Positions 44,909 to 58,700 of a DNA stretch of 64,000 nucleotides are shown here, piece after piece (the stretch's first letter is position 1; every line of letters begins with the position of its first letter). This DNA is from Zygnema circumcarinatum SAG 698-1b (Eukaryota; Plantae; Zygnematophyceae): the NCBI GenBank assembly GCA_037447605.1, contig CM074814.1:2604001-2668000 (forward strand). Direction: 5' to 3'. Under the pieces are notes generated by a model, which saw only the letters and a program-made list of their open reading frames with translations, had not been told where the DNA came from and made no database searches. A program made the translations under genes and the position numbers.

Positions 44909-45067
44909 AGGGGGTGTCAGACTTCAAAAATTTCAGTACGCGTGTTCGTAAGTTTGACATCAGAACGAGTACTCCAGTATAATCGCGATCCTCCTGCGGC
45001 GGAGTACTTTCGTAACCTTTTTTTTCGTAACGCTTTTCGTAAGATTTTGTTAAGTCTGACACCCCCT
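44909..45067. mobile_element. 159-bp Harbinger-like MITE (copy 2, inverted relative to copy 1)
   Basis: Same TIRs; TSD AAT (44906-44908 and 45068-45070). Confidence 0.9.
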
Positions 45068-46696
45068 AATATTCAGTTTCCATTTTCAGTTTTCCAGTTT
45101 CGCATTTCCAGTTCCCAGTTTCCAGATCAAGGTTGTAAACCTACGTTACCGTACAGTGCCATACCGTTCTTTGTCGCCTACCAAACGACCGAGAGCGTTC
45201 CGGTCCCCGGGCGGTCACCTTCAGACCGTACAGGTATCAAATCAGCCAATTGCATGCTGCCGCGTCACCATTCTAGGGCTTCCAAATGCCCAAATGACGC
45301 TCGTCCTGCGAGTTGCACCACAAACTGCCAAAAACTCGTATAGTTCGTACAGCTGGTACATTTCGTACGGTCTGGCGAACCCAGGGCCCAGGCCCCAGGC
45401 CCGCGGTCTCTCTCTGCCGTCCGTACGCATCCTGCGCAACAGACGAAAAGGTAACGACAAACGTGTACGAATAACCGAACCAGGTCGAGCCGCCCGGGCG
45501 CCCCTCTCTTTGACGGCCGGCCTCGGTCACGTGGCACGCGCTCCTCGCAGGAAAATCACAATAAAACGACAAAATATCTCGATATTATACGGTTTAGGGA
45601 ACAGCTGGGAAATCCGACAGGCGACAACTCACTAAATGACAAATCAAACCGTACAAATACCATACGGTTTTCGTACAGATTTGGGCGGCAAAGGGGCTCG
45701 CGAATCCTGGAGCTTTCGAGGAGTAGGATTTTCGTAAGAGCTACCAGACATAAAGTCTTAATGTTGGTGAATTGGAGGACGCCACGTGGCCCTAAGCTTG
45801 GCGGATTATACTGTACGGATGGGCCGACGACTGCGGGAGGGGGGGCGCGCGGTATGGGGCGGCTTTTGGCTGGCGATTATTTTGTCGTTTGTGGGGACCA
45901 TTATGGAAGGCCTGGCACCGGGGGGGATCCACTTGAAAGATTAACGACTGGAAGTCCACGGAATCAAGAAATTGAAGAATGTACATCGGATCAGCGTGTG
46001 GATCTGGAATTATTGCTTTGATCAACGATGTGTATAAGGCTAGTAATCCTAAACAACGGATCAAGACCTCAGATCAACCCCTCAGAGCAATCCCTCAGAT
46101 CAAACCCTCAGATCTACACAGATCAACACAGACCAATACAGATCAACAGCCCCTTCCCGGATTTGATTCGTACACTCCGCACCAAACGAAGTGAGCCACA
46201 TCCCCAGATCGGACCGCCTGTACCCCTCAATACGGATCGTTTCATACCGTACATTTTTGTACAGTTTCGTACGTTCTTCGTACAGAACCTACCCAACCGT
46301 CCGAGTGCACATCCGCCAACTTATGATGGCCCCATGCATGGCCCCGCCTTGTCCGTATCGATAAATACAGACAGACCGTACATGGATGTACGAAACGACT
46401 CGTACACATTGTACTGTACAGCGCCGTAGTTGACAGACAAATGGCCTTGTCGGAACTTTCGCCATCTGCGTCTCTCCCATTTCCCTCTCCCTCTCCCTCT
46501 CCCACGAGCAGCTAATAATCTCCCTCGCTCTCTCCATACCCACTCTCCCTCCCTCTCACTTCCCCCCTGCCTTCCCCTCTCCTCCTCTCTCCCTCTCTCT
46601 CCTCTCCCCCTCCCCCCTCCCCCCTCCCCCTCCCTCTTCCTCCAGATCTCTCTCCCTCCCCCCTCACATGCCTCCCGATCCCCCCCATTGCTCCAC

Positions 46697-49488
46697 ATGA
46701 TGCCATCCCCCGACACCCTCCCCCTCCCCCCCATGACATCGCCCTCCGTACTGCCAGGTGGCACTCCGCCATTGGCCGGCCGGCGCCTCACGCTGACCGC
46801 CGACTTCTCCCGCGTGCCAGCTGTCCTCACCGCAGAGGTCGGCCCGCCCGGGTCGCTAGGGTTCAGGGTCACCTTCCGGGACGAAAAGAAGGGGCAGCTG
46901 TCGCCCTGGCATGACGTGTCACTTTACTTGCCACGTGGCGCGCTCTCATTCGTCTGCACCACGCCAGCTGGCACGTGGGTGCGGCACGAGGCGGCCCCGA
47001 ACGAGCCCTACAACCCGCTGCGGGTTTTGAGAGTGAGGGGGGAGGAGGGAGAGGGGGAGAGAGAGAGAGCGAGAGAGAGTGGCGGGGCAGACAGGGCGGC
47101 AGAGGCGCGAGAGGGAGAGAATGCAGGAGAGAGTGCGGGAGAGCGAGGCGGCGAGAGAGAGCTTCGGCCCGCGCATTACCCCGACAATGCTCCCTGGAAC
47201 GTGGGCGTCCTCCCTCAGACCTGCGAGAAAACCACGAGCGGCGAGCACGCCATGGTGGAGGCGGTGGAGATCGGCGCCGGGCGGCAGCGGCGCGTGGGCG
47301 AGGTGTACGGCGTGCGGCCGCTGGGCGCCTTCCGCGTGGAGGAGGGGGGCGGCGCGGCGGCGCGGTGGCGGGTCGTGACGATCGCGGAAGACGACGCGGC
47401 GGCGGGCGCGCTGAGGGAGCAGAGGGACGTGCAGGTGCACCTGCCCGGGATGTGGGACCACATTCGGGAGTGGCTGGGGGAGACGCTGGCGTGGGAGAGG
47501 CAAGGTGAGGGGACTTGGGCTCTCGCTGTCCCACTCTCTCCCTCTCTGTCTCTCTCTCTCTCTCTGTCTCCCACTCTCTCTCTCTCTCTGTCTCCCACTC
47601 ACTCTCTCTCGTTCTCTCTCTTTCTCGCACTCTGAGTGTCTCTCTCTCCCTCTCTCTTTCTCTTTCTCGCACTCTCAGTCTTTCTCTCTCTCTCTTCGTC
47701 TCTCTCTCGTTCTTTCTCGCGCACTCAGTCGCTCTCTCTCTGTGTCTCTCATTCTGTCTGTCTCTCTCTCTCTTTCTCCCAATCTCAGTCGCTCTGTCCA
47801 CTTTGACTTTCTCTCTTGCACTCCCTGGGGGGGATCCCTCTCACTCTGCCTGTCACTCCCACTCTCCCTCTCTTCCTACGCCTGGCGCTAGTTAGCTCTC
47901 TCTCTCTCTCTCCCTCTCTCTCTGTCCCTGCAGCTCTGCTCCACTTTATCTTTTTCCATGTTCTCGTCCATTTTCTTTCCCTCCTTTTTTTTCAATTGTG
48001 TGCTGAATAGCAATGTAAGTGAAGTAATGAAACAATGTTTTCTACAATGTAGACTTTGAATGAAAGATTTGAACCATGTTGCACGGATCGCGGTTGTCAG
48101 GAACCCTAAAAACCCATGAAGCCCTAATTATCATGCTTTTACTTCTAAACCACAAACCCTAAGTTTTTACCCTAAGATTTCGAAATTCTTCAAACACCAT
48201 AAACCCATAAATCTCCCTTTTCTCCTCCCACGAGTTTTTCCTTCTTAAACCCTTCCGGGGTTTCCATGTGGGACTGTTCACAGGACTGAAAACGGATAAC
48301 GGACTTTCCATGAGCAGCAAACCAGTTCAGATTCAGGCCACTAAGGCTCAGATTGCTGTATTTCACGACACGTGGCGCGAATCAACGGTCAGGAAGATGG
48401 CTCGACTCCAGACCCTTCAAATGGAATCGACCGCGGAACTGTCGACCAATCAGATCGAAGCAACCTACGCCAAATTTTCAACATTTCCACATGGAACGTC
48501 AGTTTCCATTCCCGTGTCCTGTCCGGCCTCAGTTTCGCAAATTCTATGGGACCCATCTTGGCTGCAGCCCTTAGGTCCGTTGACGGAAACTAAAACTGGA
48601 ACTATGGAGCAAGGAAACGCCAACAGAGCACGCCCCCCCAAAATGAAGCTCTCTCCCGCGAACCCAATGTTGGCCCGAAACATGATGGGGCCGAATCCGG
48701 CGAGTAAACTTTCGACTTTGTCTCCGAGTCAACCTTTGAATGGAACGAGTCCGAACCTCAACATGACTCAATATCCCACCGAAAGCTGGACTCCACCGAC
48801 CTCAAAACCCACTTCGCTGCCAGACTTGACTCACTCGACTAAAGTTCACTCACATTCAAGCCCTACTGAGAGCCCCACTCCCTCCTATGTGAACTCCCTC
48901 CCGAGTCCAAGCTCCACTCCCACCGGCTCTCCCCCCCTCACTCCCTCTCTCAGTCCCAACCCCACTCTCTCCTCTCCCACTCCCTCTCTCCCTCCCAGAC
49001 GCCGCCTCTTCACTCTCTGGCATCGCATGCTCCGTTCTGACTCCCCCCACCCCCCCTCCTCCTCCTCCTCCTCCGACAAAAAAACCCTCAACCCCTCCAC
49101 CTCCAAAAATCCCTCCAAATCCAAACTCTCCTGGGCCAACCCTTTGACCTTCTCCAGAAAAAAGAACGCCGCCTATTACACGAGCAACATTCCCTTAACC
49201 GAGAAAGAAACCACTCCGGGCGGCGGCGCTTGGCAGACCGAAGACGACAAACTTAGTCCCCTCGTGACCCGGTCCGTGTCGGCGCGCCTCCCCCTGAAGC
49301 TCGCCAAGACCTTCGCGCCGCTCGGCCGCTCCCTCCGCCACTCCGCGCTGCCGCCCTCCGCCGCCGCGCTCTTCCTGCCCGCCGACTGGGAGGACCACCT
49401 CGACCTGCACCACGAGGAGGGGGACGAGGAGGAGGAGGAGGAGGGGGAGGGGGAGGGGGAGAGGGAGGGGGAGGGAGCCCGGCACTAG
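46697..49488 (+). CDS. Family-I inorganic pyrophosphatase-fold protein lacking catalytic residues, with a long S/P/T-rich C-terminal tail (2 exons: about 46697-47504 and 48284-49488)
   Basis: SPWHD, PWNVGVLPQTCE, VEIG, VRPLGA, WRVVTIAEDD and PG..DHIREW scaffold motifs. Phase-1 intron caag|gtgagg...cacag|ga joins to an exon with AQIAVFHDTWRES (aligns with the PPase C-terminal helix). The start codon could lie upstream. Confidence 0.8.
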
Positions 49489-49494
49489 GAGGGG

Positions 49495-49960
49495 GTAGGG
49501 TTTAGGGTTTAGGGGTTGGGGTTTAGGGGGTGGGGTTTAGGGGGTGGGGTTTAGGGGGTGGGGTTTAGGGGGTGGGGTTTAGGGGGTGGGGTTTAGGGGG
49601 TGGGGTTTAGGGGTTAGGGTTTAGGGGTGTAGGGATAAGGGGTTAGGGTTTAGGGATTAGGGGTTGGGGTTGTGGTTTAGGGTTCGGGGGTTAGGGGTTA
49701 GGGTTGAGGGGTTTAGGGTTTAGGGGTTGGGGTTTAGGAATCGGGGGTTAGGGTTCGGGGGTTTAGGGTTTAGGGATTGTGGTTAGGGGTTAGGGTTCGG
49801 GGGGTAAGGTGACTTTAAAATTCTAAGAGTTTTTCTCGTTCTTCAGAGTTTAGGGTTCAGAGATTGGGATTTAGGGTTTAGGGGTTGGGGTTTAGGGTTT
49901 AGGGTTTGGGGGTTAGGGTTTGGGGTTTTATGGTTTAGTGGTTGGGGTTTAGGGTTGAGG
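49495..49960 (+). repeat. Degenerate TTTAGGG tract including (GGGGTTTAGGGGGT)n, starting 7 bp after the stop codon
   Basis: Direct inspection. Confidence 0.9.
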
Positions 49961-50376
49961 GTTCAATTGACCAGGTTTGCTCGGAAGGTCGACGCCTGGT
50001 GAAGCTTGCTCGTGCGGAGCTGTGTTGCCTTGTCGTTTAGCGCAACCCTAGCGAATGCTGGTTACTTATCGCAAGTGTTGCTTTCAGAGGTTTGCAAAGC
50101 TCACTGCGTTCGCCGCAGATTAAATAAAAAATATCTACTCGATGGACATATTTGGAAAGATTATTACTATCCAAAATTATAGCTATAGTTTAAATATTTT
50201 CTGACAATTTCTGACTTTCATCGCTATTTGTATTATTGCTAATAATAACGCGCCTAAAGTCGACTGTTTTTGGTCTCTTCTGCAGACTTCAGTGGTTTAT
50301 AAAAGAGGAGATCATCGTTTTTTTGGAGGTCTGATGATGTGTAGGAGAGGCAGGAGAAGAGAGAGAGAGCGCGAGC

Positions 50377-50439
<63 letters not shown>

Positions 50440-51172
50440 GAAAGAGGGAGATGGAAAAACTTGGCTCGAGATTGTGTGGAAAAATCGTTCAAATTTGATC
50501 TTTCTTCTTAAATGCTTTTTCTTGATATTTTTTTTTGGTTGATTTCTTGGCGTTTCCATGTTCTGTGGATCTTCTCTTGGCTGTTGAACTTTTATACCAT
50601 CCTAACTATGGCAGATCAGGATGGGAAATGTACGGAATTGGGATTAACAGTGGTGGAATGGGGATCAACTGGCAGGAAAAGAATGCCCAAAAATCCCCTA
50701 AAACCCTCCGAACCTTGAAGCCCTAATTTACTTCTTGTGTTGTTGCCGAGTTGGACTCCTCCGCGCACTAAACATGGCTTGAATGGTTTTGTGGGGTGTG
50801 GTGGGGGGGAGAGAGAGAGACAGCAAGAGAGAGGTGAGGGAGAGAGGAATTCGAGGAGGAGAGAGAACGGGAAGGGAGCGGGAGAGAGGAAGGGCGAGAA
50901 ACGAGAAGAAGAGAGGCAGAGAGAGGAAAGAGAGGGAGAGAGGAAATAAAAAGAGGGGAGTCAGCGGGAGAGGGAAAAGTGAGTGGCAGACAGGGGGAGG
51001 AGATGAGGGAGAGAGGGAGAAAGGAGAGGGAGAGAGTGAGAAAGGGGGAGAGGGCGAGGGAGGGAGAAGTAAGTCACGTTGAGAGTCAATTTCTTTAGAG
51101 AAGTTCAAAAATTATAAAGACACATCAGAACATTTTCTCCGATTTTTTTTAACTTTTTTTTTTTTTTGCTTT

Positions 51173-52738
51173 CTAGTTTTCGATTTTCCATCGCGGTCCA
51201 GAAAAGCGATTTTCTTCATCCGGCAGCCAGAGCTGACGTGGCGGAACGGCCTCCACTGTCATTTTCTGCATAGAACGGCGTACATCCAAAAATCCATAAA
51301 TCCACAATTTGGCAAAAAGGAAAAATCTACAAACTCAATAAATTTACGATATCACCAATCTCGATTCCAAGCATTTTTCCATAAGCGGGCTAAAAGTTAT
51401 TAGTTGAATTCATTGACTCTTTTCTTGGAACATGATCTTGACTGAAGCGCCTCCCGGACAATTAGGGCTGACGTGGCGTCACCTGATTGGTCGCCGGATG
51501 ATGAAAAGTGAGCTGAAACGAGTGCAAATAAAAGCCGCAGTCCCCGGGAAGGGCCGAGGCGGGCCGGGAATGGCCTCTGGGGGAATGGAGGGAGGACAAG
51601 AGGGTGAGGAAGGGGACAAGAAGAGGCCACGAGAGAGGGGAAGGGAGGGAGGGAGGGAGGGAGGGAGGGAGGGAGGGAGGGAGGGAGGGAGGGAGGGAGA
51701 GGGAAGGAGGAGGGGGAGGGAGGGGGAGGAAGCGGGGAGAGGGAGGGAGGGAGGGAGGGAGGGAGAGGGGGGAGTGGGAGGGAGAGCGGGAGGGCGGGAG
51801 GGAGAGGGAGGAAGAAGGGGGATGGAGGGGGAGGGAGCGGGGAGAGGGAGGGAGGGAGGGAGGGAGAGGGGGGAGTGGGAGGGAGAGCGGGAGGGCGGGA
51901 GGAAGAGGGAGGTAGAAGGGGGATGGAGGGGGAGGGAGCGGGGAGAGGGAGGGAGGGAGGGAGGGAGAGGGGGAGTGGGAGGGAGAGCGGGAGGGCGGGA
52001 GGAAGAGGGAGGAAGAAGGGGGATGGAGGGGGAGGGAGCGGGGGGAGGGAGGGAGAGGAGGGAGGGAGGGAGGGAGGGAGAGGAGGGAGGGAGGGAAGGA
52101 GGAAGGGGGGACGGAAAGGGGGAAGGAGGGAGGGGGAGGGAGGGAGGTAGAGAGTGAGAGGGGGGAGGGAGGGATGGGGAGGGTGCGGGGGGGGGGGAGG
52201 GGGAGAGGGGGGAGGGAGGGGGAGGGAGCGGGGAGAGAGACGGAGGGAGGGAGTGAAGGCGTGGGGGAGGGAGGGAGGGTGTGGGAGGGAGGGAGGGAGG
52301 GAGGGGGGAGGGAGGGAGGGAAGGAGATGGGAAGGGAGGGAGGGGAGAGGAGGGAGGGAGGGGGGATGGAGGGAGGGGAGGAGGGAGGGGAGGAGGGAGG
52401 GAGGAAGGGAGGGAGGCAGAGAAAGGCGGGAGGGATGGAGGGAGGGAGAGGGAAAGAGGGGAGAGAGAAACCGAGAGAGAAAGAGAAAGAGCGAGAGAGA
52501 GAGAGAAAGAAAACGAGAGAAGGCTCCTTACCCATCCTCCATAACGGAGAGGTCGCCTTCTTCGCAGAATTCAAGGAGTGCGTTTTCGGAGCATGGAACC
52601 CCTCCAGGGCCGTACAAAGGGTCGCCTGCAAATCAGAAAGTGCCCAAAAGGACAAAAAAAAGAGAGAGAAAAGGAGGGGAAATGAGGAAGTGAGGTTTCT
52701 ACATTATTTCTGTTCCCCCCCCTCTCTCTCCCTCCCCA

Positions 52739-52775
<37 letters not shown>

Positions 52776-55700
52776 CTTCCCTCTCTCCGCTCCTCTCTCT
52801 CTCTCGGTCCAGTATTAATGAAATTACCGACAAGTGGATGCCCCGCCGCAGCCGTGTGAATACGAATTTGATGCGCTCGACCGGTAAAAAGATCCACCTG
52901 CCCGAAAAAAAAGAAAAAGGGTAGAAAATTAAGAGGAAGAAAAGAATGGGTTGAAGTGGGAGAGAGGAAGAGAGTAAAGAAAAAATCCGAGAAGAAAAAA
53001 AATTACATTGGGTAAAAATGGGGTATATTGGAAAGCTCACCTCCACGAGTGTCTGCTGCAGTTCCATGTCAGTTCTCAGTTTACGAATACGGCTTAGAGC
53101 CGGCTTCCCTGCAGGGAATGCTGCACAAGTCAACTCTCTCTCTTTTTTTCTCTCTCTCTCTCTCTCTCTCTCTCGCTCTCCCTTCTGCTGTCTTCATAGT
53201 GAGAGGGTGAGAGTGAAACAAGGAGAACAAAGAGAGGTAAGAGGTAGAGAGGACGGAAGGGAGAGGGCGAGGGAAATGGAGCCAAACAACTGAAAGGAGG
53301 AGAGGGGAGAGACGGAGAGGGAGAGGGAAACGGGACGAGGGAGAACGAGAGTGAGATACTGGGAGGAGAGAGAGAGATAGCGAGAGAGAGGGAGAGAGAG
53401 AGATAGCGCGAGAGAGAGGGAGAGAGAGAGATAGAGAGAGAGAGAGGGAGAGAGAGCGCCTCCCACCTCCGGCGGCAGCCATGTAGAGACCTCCCGCCAC
53501 TCCCGCATACGGCATTCTTCCAATGGGAGAGTCCACCATCATCTGACGATCGAATGTAGAAAAGAACAAAAAATTAGGGGAAGAAAAAAGGGTGTTAAAC
53601 AAGTAGAAAAATTCAGTCACGGGCCTTCAAAGGAAAAAAAAAATCAAAAAAAAAAAAATTCAGGTAAAGCTTCTGGTTTGAATGAACATATACACACACA
53701 TAAGTGATTTTTTATTAGGATTCAATGCTGCAGGTTTGTTGAAAGTATTTCAAACCTGGTCCTTCTCTATGACTCCCTGTGAGAGCGCTCTGTAGACCTT
53801 CCTCACCCGCCTCTCTCCCTCTCCCTCTCCCTCTCCCTCTCCCTCTTCTGCTCTGATGCACCCTCCCATGGAAACCCTAAAAGACGCGCGTAAGGCTCAA
53901 AAGCCAACGGTTCGAAACTTAGGGTTTAGGGTTTGGGGTTTGGGGTTTAGGTCCTAGGGTTTGGAGTTTGGGATTTAGGATTTAGATTTTGGGTTTAGGG
54001 ATTAGGGTTTAGGTCCTAGGCTTTAGGGGTTTAGGGTTTGAGGTTTAGATTCTAGGGTTCAGGGTTCAGGGTTTAGGGTTTAGGTTCGAGGGTTTAGGTT
54101 CGAGGGTTTAGGTTCTAGGGTTTAAGGTTCAGGGCGTAGGTTCTAGAGTTTAGGGTGTAGGTTCCAGGGTTTAGGGTTTAAGGTTTAGGGTTAAGGGTGT
54201 AGGTTCTAAGGGTTTAGGGTTTAAGGTTTAAGGTTTTAGGGTGTAGGTTTTAGGGTTAGGGTTTAGGGTTTAGGGCTGCGACCCCCTGCGCGTGGCGGCG
54301 GCGAAGTCCTCCGCGAGGCGGCGCCGCGCGAGAGGGGACACCGCGCAGAGGAGGGCGCCTGTCAGGGCCGGGGGGGGAACAAAGGTAATGGAGGGGACTG
54401 AAGCCTTGAACCCTGAACCCTGAGCCCTGAACCCTGAACCCTGAACCCTGAACCCTGAACCCTGAACCCTGAACCCTGAACCCTGAACCCTGAACCCTGA
54501 ACCCTGAGCCCTGAGCCCTGAGCCCTGAGCCCTGAACCCTGAACCCCAACCCCAACCCCAACCCCAACCCCAACCCCAACCCCAACCCCAACCCCAACCC
54601 CAACCCCAACCCCACCCCAACCCCAACCCCAACCCCAACCCCAACCCCAACCCCAACCCCAACCCCAACCCCCAACCCTAACCCAACCCCAACCCCAACC
54701 CCAACCCCAACCCCAACCCCAACCCCAACCCCAACCCCAACCCCAACCCCAACCCCAACCCCAACCCCTAACTGAAACTGAGCCCCAGCCCCAGCCCTGA
54801 GCTCAGCCCCAGCCCTGAGCCCCAGCCCCAGCCCCAGCCCCAGCCCCAGCCCCGAGCCCCGAGCTCAGCCCCAGCCCCAGCCCCAGCCCCAGCCCCAGCC
54901 CCAGCCCCAGCCCCAGCCCCAGCCCCGAGCCCCGAGCCCCAGCCCCAGCCCCAGCCCCGAGCCCCAGCCCCAGCCCCAGCCCCAGCCCCAGCCCCAGCCC
55001 CAGCCCCAGCCCCAGCCCCAGCCCCAGCCCCAGCCCCAGCCCCAGTCCTTGAGCCCCAGCCCCAGCCCCAGCCCCAGCCCCAGCCCCAGCCCCAGCCCCA
55101 GCCCCAGCCCCAGCCCCAGCCCCTAGCCCCAGCCCCAGCCCCAGCCCCAGCCCCAGCTCGACTGAGCCCCAGCCCCAGCCCCAGCCCCAGCCCCAGCCCC
55201 TAGCCCCAGCCCCAGCCCCAGCCCCAGCCCCAGCCCCAGCCCCAGCCCCAGCCCCAGCCCCAGCCCCAGCCCCAGCCCCAGCCCCAGCCCCAGCTCAGCC
55301 CCAGCCCCAGCCCCAGCCCCTAGCCCCAGCCCCAGCCCCAGCCCCAGCCCCAGCCCCAGCCCCAGCCCCAGCCCCAGCCCCAGCCCCAGCCCCAGCCCCT
55401 AACCCCAACCCCACCCCTAGCCTGAGCCCCAGCCCCGAGCCCTAACCCCGAACCCCGCAATCACCTCACCCCACCTACTGACTACACTGAGCCAGCTGAA
55501 CCCAACCTGAACCCCAACTGAACCCAACTGAACCTAACCCACTGAACCCAACCACTGAGCCTGAACCTTCAACTGAGCCCCAGCCCCAATCCCCAACCCC
55601 AACCCCCACCCAGCCCCAACCCCAATCCCCAACCCCTAACCCAACCCCAACCCCACCCACCCCCACCAACCCCAACCCCAACCCAACCCAACCCCAACCC

Positions 55701-58700
55701 CAACCCCAACCCCAACCCAACCCCAACCCCCAACCCCTAACCCCAACTGATCTACCCCACCCAACCCCAACCCCAACCCCCAACCCCCACCCAGCCCCAG
55801 CCCCAACCCCAACCCCACCTACCCCAACCCCACCCAACCCCAACCCCACCCCACCCACCCACCCCCAACCCCAGCCCCAGCCCCAGCCCCAGCCCCAACC
55901 CCACCCCCAACCCCATCCCCCACCAACCCCACCCAGCCCCAACCCCACCCACCCCCAACCCCAACCCCAACTCGCTACTGACCCAACCCACCAGACCCCA
56001 GCCCCAGCCCCAGCCCCAGCCCCAGTCTAACCCCAACCCAACCCCAACCCCAACCCCAAACCCCAACCCCAATCCTACCCCCAACCCCAATCCCAACCCC
56101 AACCCCAACCTAACCCAACCCCAACCCCAACCCCAACCTGAACCCCAGCCTGAGCCCGAGCCTCAGCCCCAACCCCTGACCCAACCCCACTCCTAACCCC
56201 AGCCCCAGCCCCAGCCCCAGCCCCAACCCCAACCCCAACCCCAACCCAACCCCGAACCCCAATCCCCGAACCCCAACCCCAACCCCAGCCCCAACCCCAA
56301 ACCTGAATCTCAACCTGAATCCCCTAAACTGAACTGAACCTTGACCGAACCAAACTTGTAATTGAGTCTAGTTGAACTTGAGCTCAGCCCCAACCCCCAA
56401 CCCCTAACCCAACCCCAACCCCAGCCCCAACCCAACCCCAACCCTACTCCCCTAACCCAACCCCAACCCCAACCCCAACCCCCAACCCCTAACCCAACCC
56501 CACCTACCCCTAACCCCAACCCAACCCAACCCCAACCCAACCCCCCTAACCCAACCCCAACCCCAACCCAACCCCAACCAACCCAACCCCAACCCCAACC
56601 CCAACCCCAGCCCCAGCCCCAACCCAACCCAACCCAACCCCAACCCCAACCCCAACCCAACCCCACCCCAACCCCTAACCCAACCCCGAACCCCAGCCCC
56701 AGCCCCAGCCCCAGTCTGACCAACCCAACCCCAACCCCGAACCCCCGCTAACCCTGACCCCTAGCCCACCAACCCCAACCCCTGACCCAACCCCTAACCC
56801 CTAACTAACCCAACCCAACCCCCACCAGCCCCAGCCTGAGCCCCAGCCCCAGCCCCAACCCAACCAACCCCAACCCCACCCAGCCCCAGCCCCAACCCCA
56901 ACCCCAACCCCAACCCAACCCAACCCCTGACCCCTAACCCAACCCCAACCCAACCCAACCCAACCCCCAACCCCTAACCCAACCCCAGCCCCAGCCTTGA
57001 GCCCCAGCCCCAGCCCCAACCCAACCCCAACCCCGACCCCATCCCCGCACTCTATCTAACCCCAACTCACCCACTCACTCCTCAACCCCAACCCAACCCC
57101 AATCCAACCACCCAACCCAACCCAACCCAACCCCAACCCAACCCCAACTCAACCCAACTCCCCAACTGACCCCAACCCCACCCCTACCCCCACCCACCCC
57201 CAGCCCCAACCCCAATCCCTAATCCCCAACCCCAACCCAACCCCAACTCCTGATCTCCTTAACTCAACTCCAATCCCCCCAATCCAACCCAACTCCAATC
57301 CAATCTAATCCATCGAATCCCCAATCCCCAACCCCAACCCAACCCAACCCAACCCAACCCCAACCCCAACTCCGCTAATCCCCAATCCCCAACCCAACCC
57401 CAATCCCCAACCCCAACCCAACCCCAACCCCAGTCTTGTCCACCAACCCCAACCCAACCCAATCGACCACCCCAACCCCAACCCCAACCCCAACCCCTAA
57501 CCCCAGTCCTGAGCCCTAGCCCCAGCCCCAACCCCAACCCCAACCCCCACCCAGCCCCGAGCCCCAGCCCCAACCCCAACCCCTAACCCCAACCCAACCC
57601 CAGCCCCAGCCCCAGCCCCAACCCCGAACCCGACCCCAACCCCAACCCCAGCCCCAGCCCCAGCCCCAACCCCAGCCCCAGCTTGAGCTCAGCCCCAGCC
57701 CCAGCCTCACCTCAGCCCCAGCCCTAACCCTGACCCCCAACCGAACCCCAACCCCCAACCCCGAACCCCAACCCCAACCCCAACCCCAACCCCGCTAACC
57801 CAACCCCAACCCCACCCCCAACCCCTACCCCAACCCCCAACCCCACCCCCAACCCAAACCCCAACCCTAACCCCAACCCTAACCCCAACCCCTACCCCCA
57901 ACCCGAACCCTAACCCAAACCCGACCCCGAACCCAACCCCAACCCCAACCCCAAACCCCAACCCAAACCCAAACCCCAACCCACACCCACACCCCAACCC
58001 CAACCCCCAACCCAACCCAACCCCTAACCCAACCTCAACCCCCCTACCCCCAGACCCAACCCAACCCCAACCCCCAACCCCTAACCCAACCCCAACCCCA
58101 ACCCCACCCAACCCAACCCCAACCCCAACCCCAACCCCAACCCCACCCCCAGCCCCAACCCCAACCCAACCCCAACCCAACCCCAATCCTGAATCCCCAA
58201 TCCCATCCCCTAACCCAACCCCAAATCTAGTTGAATTGAATTGACCCAATCCCCAACCCCAACCCCACCAACTCACCCAACCCCAACCCCAACCCCAACC
58301 CTAACCCTAACCCCAACCCCAACCCCACCCCCAACCCCAACCCCTAACCCAACCCCAACCCCAACCCCAACACTCCCCCCAACCCCAACACCAACCCTCA
58401 CCCTAACCCCAACCCCACCCCCAACCCCAACCCCAACCCCTAACCCCAGCCCCAACCCCAACCCCAACCCCAGCCCGAACCCCAACCCCATTAACCCAAC
58501 CCAACCCAACCCAACCCAACCCAACCCAACCCAACCCAACCCAACCCAACCCAACCCAACCCAACCCAACCCAACCCAACCCAACCCAACCCAACCCAAC
58601 CCAACCCAACCCAACCCAACCCAACCCAACCCCAACCCAACCCCAACCCCAACCCCAACCCCAACCCAACCCCAGCCCCAACCCCAACCCCAACCCCAAC

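Noticed and set aside
47034-47161. Purine-rich stretch in the PPase-like exon as an intron
   Set aside because: No pyrimidine tract and the frame stays open through it, so it was kept as a probable coding insertion. Unresolved without RNA data.
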